From an uncultured Acidobacteriaceae bacterium (GTDB lineage Bacteria > Acidobacteriota > Terriglobia > Terriglobales > Acidobacteriaceae), in assembly GCA_963713645.1 (NCBI GenBank), contig CAVQMQ010000008.1, forward strand, positions 6,473 through 70,472: a stretch of 64,000 nucleotides of DNA. The letters are read 5' to 3'. Each line of letters starts with the position of its first letter. The first letter of the stretch is position 1. Under the pieces are notes generated by a model that was not told the DNA's origin, searched no databases, and saw nothing but the letters and a program-made list of their open reading frames with translations. Below, one piece after another: positions 29,363-38,044 of this stretch. Both the position numbers and the translations under genes were made by a program.

Positions 29363-29687
29363 GCCGCGCCTTGGGTTCTGAAACCAGGCAACTGCAAAGC
29401 AAGGTTTTTAGTTAATTGCACTACAGATAGGGGAAGATGGAGCAGACACTGCTTTGTTCCCGTGCAGGGCCAATAGGAACGATGCTTCGTGAATCTGGGT
29501 TGCGTTGGCGTGTCAAGCGCTGACTAAGGAGGTCCAGCTAGTCACAGACTGTACCCTGGAAGGTTCTGGATGTCAAGACGGACATTTGTGTGCACAGGGG
29601 CAAATAGGACGCGGTGTCACTCACCATTTAGGCTTAAGCCGTTCTAATCTATGGCTACACTACTCCTTGACTCGCGGTGATAATTTC

Positions 29688-31574
29688 TTATTTTTTTACG
29701 CCGACAATTTTGCGCACGCTGGTTTGCGTGACGGAGCCGTCGGCGTTATGCGCGGCCTGGTGGCAGACCATGACACAGGTGTTGGCGGTGCGGTTGTAGC
29801 TGATGGGCAGGCCGCCGTTCGAGGCCACTACGTTGACATCGAAATTGATCAGCCGCTCACCGGTGATGGTTCCGCTGGTGGCTCCCATGCCGTGAGCGGT
29901 GTGGCACGCAGAGCAACTGAAGCCGGAGTTGATGTGGGTGCTGTGCTGGCTCCAACTGGTGTTTTTGATGATCTGGTTTCCGAGGTCGTGGCATTTGCCG
30001 CAGAGACCGTAAGGTCCGTTGACGCTGAGATCGGGATTGGGAAAGAGATTGTTGATGAGCTGGCCAGGTGCGGCGGCCTGGCTGAACTCGTAGCGGCGTT
30101 CGAGGATATGCGTCCAGCGCGAGCCGTGCGGACCATTGGAGCCAATGCCGCCGAACTCGCGGTTGTCATCGCTGTTGTGGCAGTCGGAGCAGAGAATCTG
30201 CGTACCCATAGCTCGGCCCTGCGTAGCTCCGTCAAGGTTGAGCATATTGGTCAGCAGGCTGGGCTGGGTGAGCGTGCTGTTGTTCGTATGCGTGACCGGA
30301 TGGCTCGATGTGGCCGTGGCCGCGAACTGCGGAATCTGGTTGAGCGGGTCACCGGCTGAGACGGCGCGGACCGGGAAGTAGCCGTAGATGGGCTGCACCT
30401 GCTTGCCCGAGCTTGTGCCGTGGCAGCGCAGGCAGCTTTCATATTGGTTGACGGCGGGGGTGAGGACGGTGATGCCGTCGGTGGCGCTGATGCCCGCCGC
30501 GTCTTTTTGCGAAACGCGAATCGCCGGAGCGGGCGGGAATGTGCCGACAACCTCGGACCCGTGGGCGCTGTGGCAATCGACGCAGGTGGCGTGGCGGTTG
30601 TTGTTGAGCAGCGTGCTCTCGGCGGCGTCGTGCGGGTTGGCCGAGGTGGGGAAGGGATGGCCCACCTTTGGCGTGGCGTACTCGGCAAAGACGTTGGCGT
30701 AGGTGGGCATCGGCGAGACGTTCGCGCCATTGTGGCAGGCGATGCAGTCCTGCTCGTTCGGTCCGCGCAAAATGCGCGATGCCCCGGCTGCATTGTGTGG
30801 CGCGTGGCAGGCGATGCAAGCTGCTCCGGCGACGGCTGGATAGCTGCCCAGCAACGCGGTTGGAGAAATTTTATCGGTCGAAAGAGCATGGGCGCTGATG
30901 GCCCAGTCAGCGAGCGGGTTGACGTGGCCGCTCAACTGGCGGGTGGGGTCGTGACAAGCGAGGCAAAGCTGGCCGCTGGAGCTATCTTTTACGAGAAAGT
31001 TCAGCGAGACAGTGTCTTTGGCCTGGACGTGGGGATTGTGGCAAGAGGAGCACTCGACATTGCCCTTGATCAGCTTGACCGCGCCGGTGGGGTCGGCGGT
31101 TTTGCCGCCGGCGGCAAGCGTTGCAACGAGGTCGATATTGTCTTTGAGAGGCGTGACCAGGCTGAAGGGGTGTGAGTTCTGCAGGTTGCTGCCAAAAACA
31201 TCCGTGGAGTACATCGATCCATGCGTGGTGACTTGGCCGTAGACCACCGTAGTGCCAAGAGCAACGGTACCGTCGTGGCAACTGAGGCACTGATTGCTGT
31301 CAGCGCCGAGAGTAGGCTGGCGGCTTTTATTTGTTTCAGTATCGCTGCTGTAGACGGAGTAGGTCTGCGTGGTGAGCTTCTGGTTCCACAGTCCGCGATT
31401 GAGTCCTGAGTGGGGCGCGTGGCAGTAAGCGCAGGCATCGGGGCGCGCGCCGGTGATGGGCGACTTGCTGCCGGGGCCGAAGCTATGCATGCCCATCACG
31501 TCGCCGGAGATTTGCGCGGAGAGCGCGCTGGCGGAAGCAAGAAGCAAAAAAGAGCAAAGAAACCGGAGGTTCAC
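29688..31574 (-). CDS. secreted 12-heme cytochrome c with an N-terminal OmcE-like tetraheme module
   Basis: Minus strand confirmed from the sequence (GTG at 31574, TAA at 29688-29690). 11 CxxCH plus a terminal CVMVCH; start overlaps the upstream NHL stop (GTGA). Confidence 0.9.
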   Translation of the reverse strand: MNLRFLCSFLLLASASALSAQISGDVMGMHSFGPGSKSPITGARPDACAYCHAPHSGLNRGLWNQKLTTQTYSVYSSDTETNKSRQPTLGADSNQCLSCHDGTVALGTTVVYGQVTTHGSMYSTDVFGSNLQNSHPFSLVTPLKDNIDLVATLAAGGKTADPTGAVKLIKGNVECSSCHNPHVQAKDTVSLNFLVKDSSSGQLCLACHDPTRQLSGHVNPLADWAISAHALSTDKISPTALLGSYPAVAGAACIACHAPHNAAGASRILRGPNEQDCIACHNGANVSPMPTYANVFAEYATPKVGHPFPTSANPHDAAESTLLNNNRHATCVDCHSAHGSEVVGTFPPAPAIRVSQKDAAGISATDGITVLTPAVNQYESCLRCHGTSSGKQVQPIYGYFPVRAVSAGDPLNQIPQFAATATSSHPVTHTNNSTLTQPSLLTNMLNLDGATQGRAMGTQILCSDCHNSDDNREFGGIGSNGPHGSRWTHILERRYEFSQAAAPGQLINNLFPNPDLSVNGPYGLCGKCHDLGNQIIKNTSWSQHSTHINSGFSCSACHTAHGMGATSGTITGERLINFDVNVVASNGGLPISYNRTANTCVMVCHQAAHNADGSVTQTSVRKIVGVKK

Positions 31575-32641
31575 CTGGTTCCTCCGGCAGCGGATTTTTT
31601 CAGAGCCGCGTATTGAAAGACCTGAACGCGGCGATTAAACGAATCGACGACGAAGACGTGATCGGATGAATCGATGAAGAGGCCGGAGGGCAACTGAAAC
31701 TGGCCGGCGTGGGTTCCTGCTTCGCCGAAGTTATAGAGGAGTTCTCCTTGGCGGTTGAAGACCTGCACCATGCCCCACTGGGCATCGACGATGTAGAGAT
31801 CGCCTTCAGAGTCCGCGCTGACGGCTTTGGGGCGGAAGATTGCGCCGGGCGAGTCGCCGAGCTTGCCAATGGCGTACTGGAATGCGCCGGAGCGGTCGAA
31901 GACCTGGATGCGGAAGTTCATGGCATCGACGACGATGAGGTTGGGTCCGTCGAGGCGCAACTCGGTGGGGAGATTGAATTCGCCGTCGGCCTGGCCGGAT
32001 TTGCCGATGGTCTGAAGGACGCGGCCTTCCATGTCGAGAACATAGACCTGGTCGCGCAGCGTGTCCGTCACATAGATGCGCTGGGCTGCGGAGTCAACGG
32101 CGATGCCAGTGGGACGCTTGAAAAAACCTTCGCCTTTGACGCTCCCGAGGACGCGGAGGAATTTGCCGCTGGGTGCGAAGACGAAGATCTTGCCCGCGTC
32201 GGAGTCAGTGACATAGATATTGTCCTGGGCATCGACGGCGATGCACTGCGGGGTGCGCATCGGGTTTTTGTCTTTCTCGTTGCGCTCGATGAATTTGTAT
32301 TTGCGCTCGGTGAAGTCGAAGATATGCACGCCCTCTGCGCCAGGATCGGTGACAAGGATGCGGCCGTGGGAGTCAACGGCGATGCTGTAGGGGCGGACGA
32401 GAGAGTGATAATCGGGCGCGCCGGCGATCACATCAACGAGCTTGTTCCAGAAGCCGCGATTGGGCTTGACTTCAAACTCAGAGCTGAAATTGCGCTGCCA
32501 GGTGAGCTTGCGGCCGCCATCGAGCGACATCTCCCACTGCTCGGGCGTTGTGGCGTGGGGCTTGTTTGCCGCGGTTGCGCAGAGCGGAGTGAGCGCGATG
32601 ACGGCCAGCAACAGGGCCGCGCGCTGAGGTTCCCGCCGCAT
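31571..32641 (-). CDS. secreted NHL-repeat beta-propeller protein
   Basis: Signal peptide; RPYSIAVD, RPTGIAVD, LPTELRLD, RPKAVSAD, LPSGLFID repeats; ATG 5 nt after the barrel stop. Confidence 0.9.
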   Translation of the reverse strand: MRREPQRAALLLAVIALTPLCATAANKPHATTPEQWEMSLDGGRKLTWQRNFSSEFEVKPNRGFWNKLVDVIAGAPDYHSLVRPYSIAVDSHGRILVTDPGAEGVHIFDFTERKYKFIERNEKDKNPMRTPQCIAVDAQDNIYVTDSDAGKIFVFAPSGKFLRVLGSVKGEGFFKRPTGIAVDSAAQRIYVTDTLRDQVYVLDMEGRVLQTIGKSGQADGEFNLPTELRLDGPNLIVVDAMNFRIQVFDRSGAFQYAIGKLGDSPGAIFRPKAVSADSEGDLYIVDAQWGMVQVFNRQGELLYNFGEAGTHAGQFQLPSGLFIDSSDHVFVVDSFNRRVQVFQYAALKKSAAGGTR

Positions 32642-32646
32642 CGCTC

Positions 32647-34500
32647 TCAGAAGAAGTTGAACCAACGCGAGACTCCGATATAGAACGAGGATACAACCTG
32701 CGGCGCTGTGCCGGAGGTGCTAAAGCCCTGCTCGATGCGGGCGAAACCGCTGTTGAAATTCAACTTGCGGAATTGGTACTGCACCAGGGTATTGAACTGG
32801 TTGCTCTGGTTGGTGGAGGAGATCGAGTTGCTGAATGTATTGCTGAGGGATTTGGAATAGGCCGCCGCGATGACGAATTTCTTCACCGGCGTGCTCGATA
32901 GTCCAATGGAATAACTGTTGCCGCCGAAGAGGCTGACCAGATCAGAGTCGCTGGTCGTCGTGCCAACCGGAACTGGCACCAGCCCGGAGCCGGTTTCAAG
33001 AGCCTGTCCGCTGGCTTTGGAGTAGCTGCCAGTAGCGGTGATCAGCGGTCCATAGCCGATGCTGGCGTTGTAACTCTGGCTGCTGTTGGCGGTGCCTGCA
33101 TCTTCAGTCAAACCTGTGCGCGAGGCTCCCGCGCCGGCGCTCACGTTGAATTTTCCCCAGCGGCGGCGGGCATTGGCCGAGTAGTTATAGAAGGAGTTCG
33201 TATAGGTGACGAGCAGAGTCTGAACATTCTGGGCGTAGCCGAAGGAGCCGTTGACCTGCCAGCCAAGAAGCTGCTTGGAGTAGTTTTCCGTGGTTGAAAA
33301 TCCCAGGGAGTTTTCTCCGGTTTTTTCGGCGGTATTTTCAGTCACCGTCATTGCCGCGTTGAAGGTGCCGTCGAGCAGCGCATAAGCGTAGGTTGCGCTT
33401 GCGCCGTAGGATTGCACGCCGTAGTCTTGGCCGAGGTAGGATTGGGAGCGGCGTTCGGCGAAGACAGACCCCTGCAGATCGGCGAGCGGAGCGTAACTCG
33501 CTACCGCCAGCAGATCGAGCGAGTTGGAGGACTGGTCTGAATCTGTTCCGGAGACCACGCCGCCAGCCGCGACGACGGACTGCTCCAATTGCCCGGCGAG
33601 ATTGTCAGAGTAATTCGCGCTGACCGAGACGGTGAGCTTGCCGGCGGGATGCACGGCAGCGAGGGCGTTCATCATGTCAATGGTTCCGCTAGAGCCTGCG
33701 CCGAGGTATTCGCTGTTCCAACTGGAGCGGTTGATGCCGGCGGAGACTGAGCCTTTGAGGGGCAGAACATGCGAGACATTGAAGCCGAGGGCGCTGCTGC
33801 TGGACTTAGATTCTGAATCCGCTTCGCCGGAGACGACTTCGGGGATGAGCGCATGGCCGCCGCCGAGGGAATAATAGGCGCCCATGACGAAGCCCGCGTA
33901 TTTATAGCCGGAGTGCAGGTTGAGGGAATGGAATGCGTTTTGTCCCTGATCGCTGGTTCCGTAGACGGAATACTGGCTCGAGCCCATCTGGAATCCGGCG
34001 GAAAAACTTGGCGCGTCTGGGAGGTTCTCGCTCCAGTTGAAGCCGAAGGTATCGCTGTTGCCGTGGGTGACGTAATTGGCCATGCCGGGCACGGCGTAGT
34101 TGCCCTCGCTGTTGTAGGCCTTGGAATAGTTGATGGAACCGGGGAAGCGGCTGCCGCCGAAGATGTTGGCGGAGGCATCGATGCCACTGGCATCGGAGAT
34201 GGACTGGAAGTTGGAATTGGCCCGCGATTGATTCAGGTAGAGACCGACATTGAAGGAAAGAAAATTCGGGTTGTAATAGGAGCCGTTGAAATTGGCTGCT
34301 CCGCCGACGGTCCAGGTATGATCGGAAGCCGTCTGATTGCCGTAATCGGCGGTATAACCCGGCGCAATCGTGCCACTCAGGTCGGTGCTGAAGTCGCCGA
34401 ATTTGATTTGTGCGCTGGCCGGAAAAGCGAGCAGCAGAAACCCAGCCAGCAGGAAAGATGCTGCGGGCCAGGAATTCGTTGCTGTGCGACTGCTGTGCAT
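32647..34500 (-). CDS. outer-membrane beta-barrel protein (617 aa)
   Basis: Signal peptide, many alternating-hydrophobic Ser/Gly/Tyr-rich strands, no Cys, C-terminal aromatic signature IGVSRWFNFF. Confidence 0.82.
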   Translation of the reverse strand: MHSSRTATNSWPAASFLLAGFLLLAFPASAQIKFGDFSTDLSGTIAPGYTADYGNQTASDHTWTVGGAANFNGSYYNPNFLSFNVGLYLNQSRANSNFQSISDASGIDASANIFGGSRFPGSINYSKAYNSEGNYAVPGMANYVTHGNSDTFGFNWSENLPDAPSFSAGFQMGSSQYSVYGTSDQGQNAFHSLNLHSGYKYAGFVMGAYYSLGGGHALIPEVVSGEADSESKSSSSALGFNVSHVLPLKGSVSAGINRSSWNSEYLGAGSSGTIDMMNALAAVHPAGKLTVSVSANYSDNLAGQLEQSVVAAGGVVSGTDSDQSSNSLDLLAVASYAPLADLQGSVFAERRSQSYLGQDYGVQSYGASATYAYALLDGTFNAAMTVTENTAEKTGENSLGFSTTENYSKQLLGWQVNGSFGYAQNVQTLLVTYTNSFYNYSANARRRWGKFNVSAGAGASRTGLTEDAGTANSSQSYNASIGYGPLITATGSYSKASGQALETGSGLVPVPVGTTTSDSDLVSLFGGNSYSIGLSSTPVKKFVIAAAYSKSLSNTFSNSISSTNQSNQFNTLVQYQFRKLNFNSGFARIEQGFSTSGTAPQVVSSFYIGVSRWFNFF

Positions 34501-34577
34501 ACTGCCTTGAATCTCATTCCCTTATCCGGTATCGCTTGCCGTCCGACTTTCAATGCAGCGTTGCCGGTTGCCTCTTG

Positions 34578-34694
34578 TAGAGCGGTTCTCCAATCGGTGT
34601 GCCCTTGCCAACACTGTGCAGGTGGCTTTCTCTTCGGGAAGAAAGCCACTCAGCGGTAGTGGTTTCGGTGTACTGCAATTGGAGAACCGCTGAG
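34578..34694. mobile_element. MITE-like repeat, copy D (diverged)
   Basis: TAGAGCGGTTCTCCAAT...GTGGCTTTCTC-TTCG-GGAAGAAAGCCAC...AATTGGAGAACCGCT. Confidence 0.7.
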
Positions 34695-34730
34695 GGCCAG
34701 CGCCTGGAATCCAGGCGCGTTTCGCATTGC

Positions 34731-35756
34731 TTACAGAATCTCGACCTTCGTGCTCTGCCGCAGCTTTTTATCCAGGTCGGCGCGCAGGTCGTTTTTCTTC
34801 TTCTCGTGCAGTTCTTTTTCCAGTTGCGCTTTCACCTCTTCAAATTTCGCTTTGCCTGCCGGGGTGTGCACGTTGAGGTGAACGATGGTGTAGGCCTGAT
34901 CCATCTGGATGAGATCGCTGACATCGCCGGGCTTCATTGCCGCGAGAGCCTTGATCACCTGCGGGGCAAGCTGGTCAACAGGAAGAGGCTTATGCTGGCC
35001 CATCATTACGCGGTAATCGTCGTCAGAGAGCTTCTCGGCGAGCAGGCCAAATTCCTCCGCTGTCTTTGCGGCTTTCGCTTGTTGCAGCGCCTGCTCGGCG
35101 CGCTTGCGGCCTTCCTTCGACTGATCGGCGGTGGCGTTTGGGGGAGGGAGAACGGAAATCGTCTGGAAGGTGTAGGACTCGGGGTGCTGGAATCGGGATG
35201 GATTCTTTTCGTAGTAAGCCCGCAGTTCTTCCGGCGTGACACTGCTCCTGCTTTCTACTTCAATTTTCAGAAAGGCTTCAATCAGCAGCGAGCGGCGAAT
35301 CTTCTCTTCGAGCAATTTTTCAGAACCGTGAAAGTCGGCCTGCAGGGATGCGTTGAATTCTTCGGGGGTTGCGTATTGCTTGCGGAAATCCTCTTCGGCA
35401 TGTTGCAGCTTCGCTGCGGGCACGGTCATCTTGCGGCGCTGCGCTTCCTGATAGACCATCTCTTCGAAGACGATCATCTTCAGCGCGCCATCGCGGATCT
35501 GAGATTCCAGTTCTTTGGGGACGCCGTTGTGTTGGCGGGCGTAGGGAAAGATCGCATATTCTTCGCGGACCAGATCGGCATCGGTGAGGACCGTGCCGTT
35601 GACGCGCGCCACGGGCTTATCCGCGATCTGCGTGAGCGCATTCGGCTGCTGTGTAGCTTGCTGCTTGAGGACGGTTGGTGCGTGAGAGGCCACCTGTGCG
35701 TCGGCAGCGGTGAGTGCCAGCAGAAGGAATCCGCAAGTTGTGAGTTTGTGCATCAT
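34731..35756 (-). CDS. SurA/PrsA-like peptidylprolyl isomerase (parvulin) chaperone
   Basis: Signal peptide, KPVARVNG, SurA-N-like helices, YYEKN..RF, F..LA..LSDD, KPGDVSDLI. Confidence 0.85.
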   Translation of the reverse strand: MMHKLTTCGFLLLALTAADAQVASHAPTVLKQQATQQPNALTQIADKPVARVNGTVLTDADLVREEYAIFPYARQHNGVPKELESQIRDGALKMIVFEEMVYQEAQRRKMTVPAAKLQHAEEDFRKQYATPEEFNASLQADFHGSEKLLEEKIRRSLLIEAFLKIEVESRSSVTPEELRAYYEKNPSRFQHPESYTFQTISVLPPPNATADQSKEGRKRAEQALQQAKAAKTAEEFGLLAEKLSDDDYRVMMGQHKPLPVDQLAPQVIKALAAMKPGDVSDLIQMDQAYTIVHLNVHTPAGKAKFEEVKAQLEKELHEKKKNDLRADLDKKLRQSTKVEIL

Positions 35757-35795
35757 GGTGGACCTTCAGATTCCGGTTTCCGTCGAGTGTTTTGC

Positions 35796-35826
35796 AAAAA
35801 AATGGGGAGGGAAACTGCCCCTCCCC
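35796..35826 (-). terminator. intrinsic terminator directly after tetraheme paralog A
   Basis: Minus strand GGGGAGGG(G)-CAGTTT-CCCTCCCC-A-TTTTTTT, 16 nt after the stop codon. Confidence 0.8.
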
Positions 35827-35842
35827 GTTCTATGCAGGTCGA

Positions 35843-36712
35843 TTAGAAGGTTGTGACAGCGGTGCTGCCGTTCATTTCGTTGGACTCGCCACCGTGGCAC
35901 TGGCGGCAGAACTGCGCGGTCTGGTTGCTGTTCGCAGTGCCGCTGGCCGGGTTGTAGGGTCCGCGCAGGAAGAACATGGTCGCGTAGTTGCCGCTGGTCA
36001 GGCCGGACTTCGGTCCGTTGGTGACCTTGACCACGTTCATCAAGTGCTGGTTGTGGCAGGTGGTGCAAACCACAACGGGCTGGTTGTTATAGGTGCCAGG
36101 CGAGACAAAGAATCCGTAGTTGGTGACGAAGAGGCTGGAGCCCGCTCCGTTCATCTGCACCGCGCCCGTCGCGCTGATGGTGCAATCCCAGTTGTACTGG
36201 CCGCCGCAACCCATGACGGCATTGAGTCCTACCGGGTGATCGTTGAGGTAGTTGCCGGTGGTGGTGCCGTCGTTGCCGAGCAGGGTTGGGATGGTGTTGG
36301 CGGTACCGTAGGTGGCGGGCAGGGTCTCATAGACCTGGTTCTTCATCATGGCACCCTGCGCGTAGTTGCCGTCGTGGCAGCTGAGGCAGGTGAGCAGGCC
36401 GGAAACGTCAGGCGTGATGGCCGCCATGCTGGTGGGCAGGACTTCTACATCAGCTCCGCCGCCAGTGGTGATGGTTTTGCCGTAGAGGCTACCGACATCC
36501 TCGCCCCAGAGAGCGACGTTGCCCGAGGTTGGATCGGCGGTCTTGGCGTTGCCGTTGCCGTATGCGCCACTATGTGGGGCATGACAGGCAGCGCAGCCGC
36601 GGCCGTAATTGAGATGTGCGCCGAGTACGTCGGTAGACGGCGTGGTGATCTGGGCCGCCGCAAAGCCGGCGCCTGCCAGAAACATCAGGGAGATTAAAGA
36701 AATGCGTTTCAT
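35843..36712 (-). CDS. secreted tetraheme cytochrome c, OmcE-like layout (paralog A)
   Basis: AGGAGG RBS, signal peptide; GAH...CAACHAPH...LW...CLSCHDG...LNDHPV...CTTCHNQH...FLR...CRQCH; exactly 8 His in the mature chain. Confidence 0.9.
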   Translation of the reverse strand: MKRISLISLMFLAGAGFAAAQITTPSTDVLGAHLNYGRGCAACHAPHSGAYGNGNAKTADPTSGNVALWGEDVGSLYGKTITTGGGADVEVLPTSMAAITPDVSGLLTCLSCHDGNYAQGAMMKNQVYETLPATYGTANTIPTLLGNDGTTTGNYLNDHPVGLNAVMGCGGQYNWDCTISATGAVQMNGAGSSLFVTNYGFFVSPGTYNNQPVVVCTTCHNQHLMNVVKVTNGPKSGLTSGNYATMFFLRGPYNPASGTANSNQTAQFCRQCHGGESNEMNGSTAVTTF

Positions 36713-37002
36713 GTAGTAGAGCCTCCTGGTGCTCACTCTTGCTGCTCGACTGAACTGCGATGTTGGCCTCTCCGGCGCTTTCGTCAGTTCAGCCTTCCTG
36801 GACAACATCTGCCTGACCGATGCCGTAGCCGTGAGCGCAAGCGTTCCTGGGCGGCATCCCTAATTGATTGTTGAGGCTAACGTTCTTGTATCCAGCGTGA
36901 TAGCGGGTTGCCGGAACTCGCACTCCTTTGGCAGACTGTCCCGTACCCTTACCTTGGTGTAAGGGCGAGTGAAAATCGGTTACGGAGTGTATCGTTTTCA
37001 TA

Positions 37003-37226
37003 CGTGAGTCCCATCACCCTGTGTAATGCAGATAGCCGTGGATTAAGGCTTCCGCACACACTCGACATGCTCCCTGTATTTATTCAGGTGACAAGAGTCA
37101 CCCTCTGTGATGTGAGTCACGCATGGTAATTAAAGGCTTCTTTGTGATAGTCATCACACGCCTGCGTGATGCAGAGTGCCTGCCGGATTTTCCCTCCCCG
37201 CTAAAGTAATTGTGAGCAGTCTCACA
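37003..37226. promoter_or_regulatory. array of five CRP-type operators
   Basis: CGTGA-N6-TCACC (37003), GGTGA-N6-TCACC (37087), TGTGA-N6-TCACG (37106), TGTGA-N6-TCACA (37143), and AAT-TGTGA-N6-TCACA-TTT (core at 37211). Confidence 0.75.
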
Positions 37227-37249
37227 TTTGAGCAGAGAAAAGATAAGGA

Positions 37250-38044
37250 ATGGTCAACGAGGCACCAACAGCGATCAAAGCAATTCCCACACTGAAGACG
37301 GTGCAGGTTTACACGATGGCTGGGTTGTGCTTGCTGGGCGGGCTGGCGACGGGTTATTTGCTGGGGGGATCTCATGCGCCGGCTGCTCCTGGGCAACCGG
37401 CGTCCGTCGCCGCAACGGCTCCGGTTCTGCCAAGCGCGGCCAATGCTGCACAGATGCCGGGACTCGCAGAGATGAAGCAGGGAACGGCTGTGCAGGCGCA
37501 ACCGGCTTCAGGCGCAGTACGGTCTCCGCATACTGGCAGCGTGGCAAGCGGCGGACGGATGCCCAGCCTGCAAGAGATGAAGCAGATGGCCGACAAACAG
37601 GCCGCGCCGCTGCTCGAAAAGCTGAAGAGCGATCCCAACAACGGCGCATTGCTGGTGCAGGTGGGAGGCATTTATCATTCGACGCACCAGTTCGCCGAGG
37701 CGGTTGCCTATTACGGCAAAGCCGTGCAGGTTGAGCCGAAGAACGTTGACTATCGCACAAAGCTGGCGATCAGCATCTATCGAGGCGGCGACGCGGATGG
37801 AGCGATCGCTCAACTGAATCAGACGTTGAGTATCGACCCCAAGAACGCGAATGCTCTCTTCAACCTGGGTATGATCCGGTTGCAGGGCAAGCAGGACGGC
37901 AAGGGCGCGTTGGCAGCCTGGCAGATGTTGCTCAAGTCCAATCCGCAATTGAGTCCCGACCGCAAGGCGGCTGTACTGAAACTGATGGCCGATGTGATGA
38001 CGACGCTTGGCGAAGAGCCGGGAACGCGAGGCGCAAAGCAATGA
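37250..38044 (+). CDS. membrane-anchored TPR protein
   Basis: N-terminal TM (VYTMAGLCLLGGLATGYLL), Pro/Ala linker, TPRs (DPNN, EPKNV, DPKNANALFNLG). Confidence 0.85.
   Translation: MVNEAPTAIKAIPTLKTVQVYTMAGLCLLGGLATGYLLGGSHAPAAPGQPASVAATAPVLPSAANAAQMPGLAEMKQGTAVQAQPASGAVRSPHTGSVASGGRMPSLQEMKQMADKQAAPLLEKLKSDPNNGALLVQVGGIYHSTHQFAEAVAYYGKAVQVEPKNVDYRTKLAISIYRGGDADGAIAQLNQTLSIDPKNANALFNLGMIRLQGKQDGKGALAAWQMLLKSNPQLSPDRKAAVLKLMADVMTTLGEEPGTRGAKQ

Noticed and set aside
23002-34500. Naming the 16-heme and barrel genes mtrA/mtrB (or dmsE/dmsF)
   Set aside because: Heme count (16, not 10), non-adjacent positions and no recognisable MtrB motifs; left as family-level calls.
21694-36697. Long + strand ORFs opposite the cytochrome-locus genes (e.g. 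21694-22827, 23116-24297, 29505-30359, 31709-32683, 34599-35846, 35792-36697)
   Set aside because: Antisense shadows typical of high-GC coding DNA; no motifs, and fully overlapped by well-supported minus-strand genes.
36730-36800. Possible c-di-GMP/cGAMP (GEMM-I) riboswitch in the tetraheme-A leader, as found upstream of Geobacter omcS
   Set aside because: The minus strand has GACGAAAGCGCCGG inside a CTGAACTG/CAGTTCAG stem, only loosely like GACGCAAAGCC, and lacks the GGCAAACC-GAAA P2 arm. An Infernal search would settle it.
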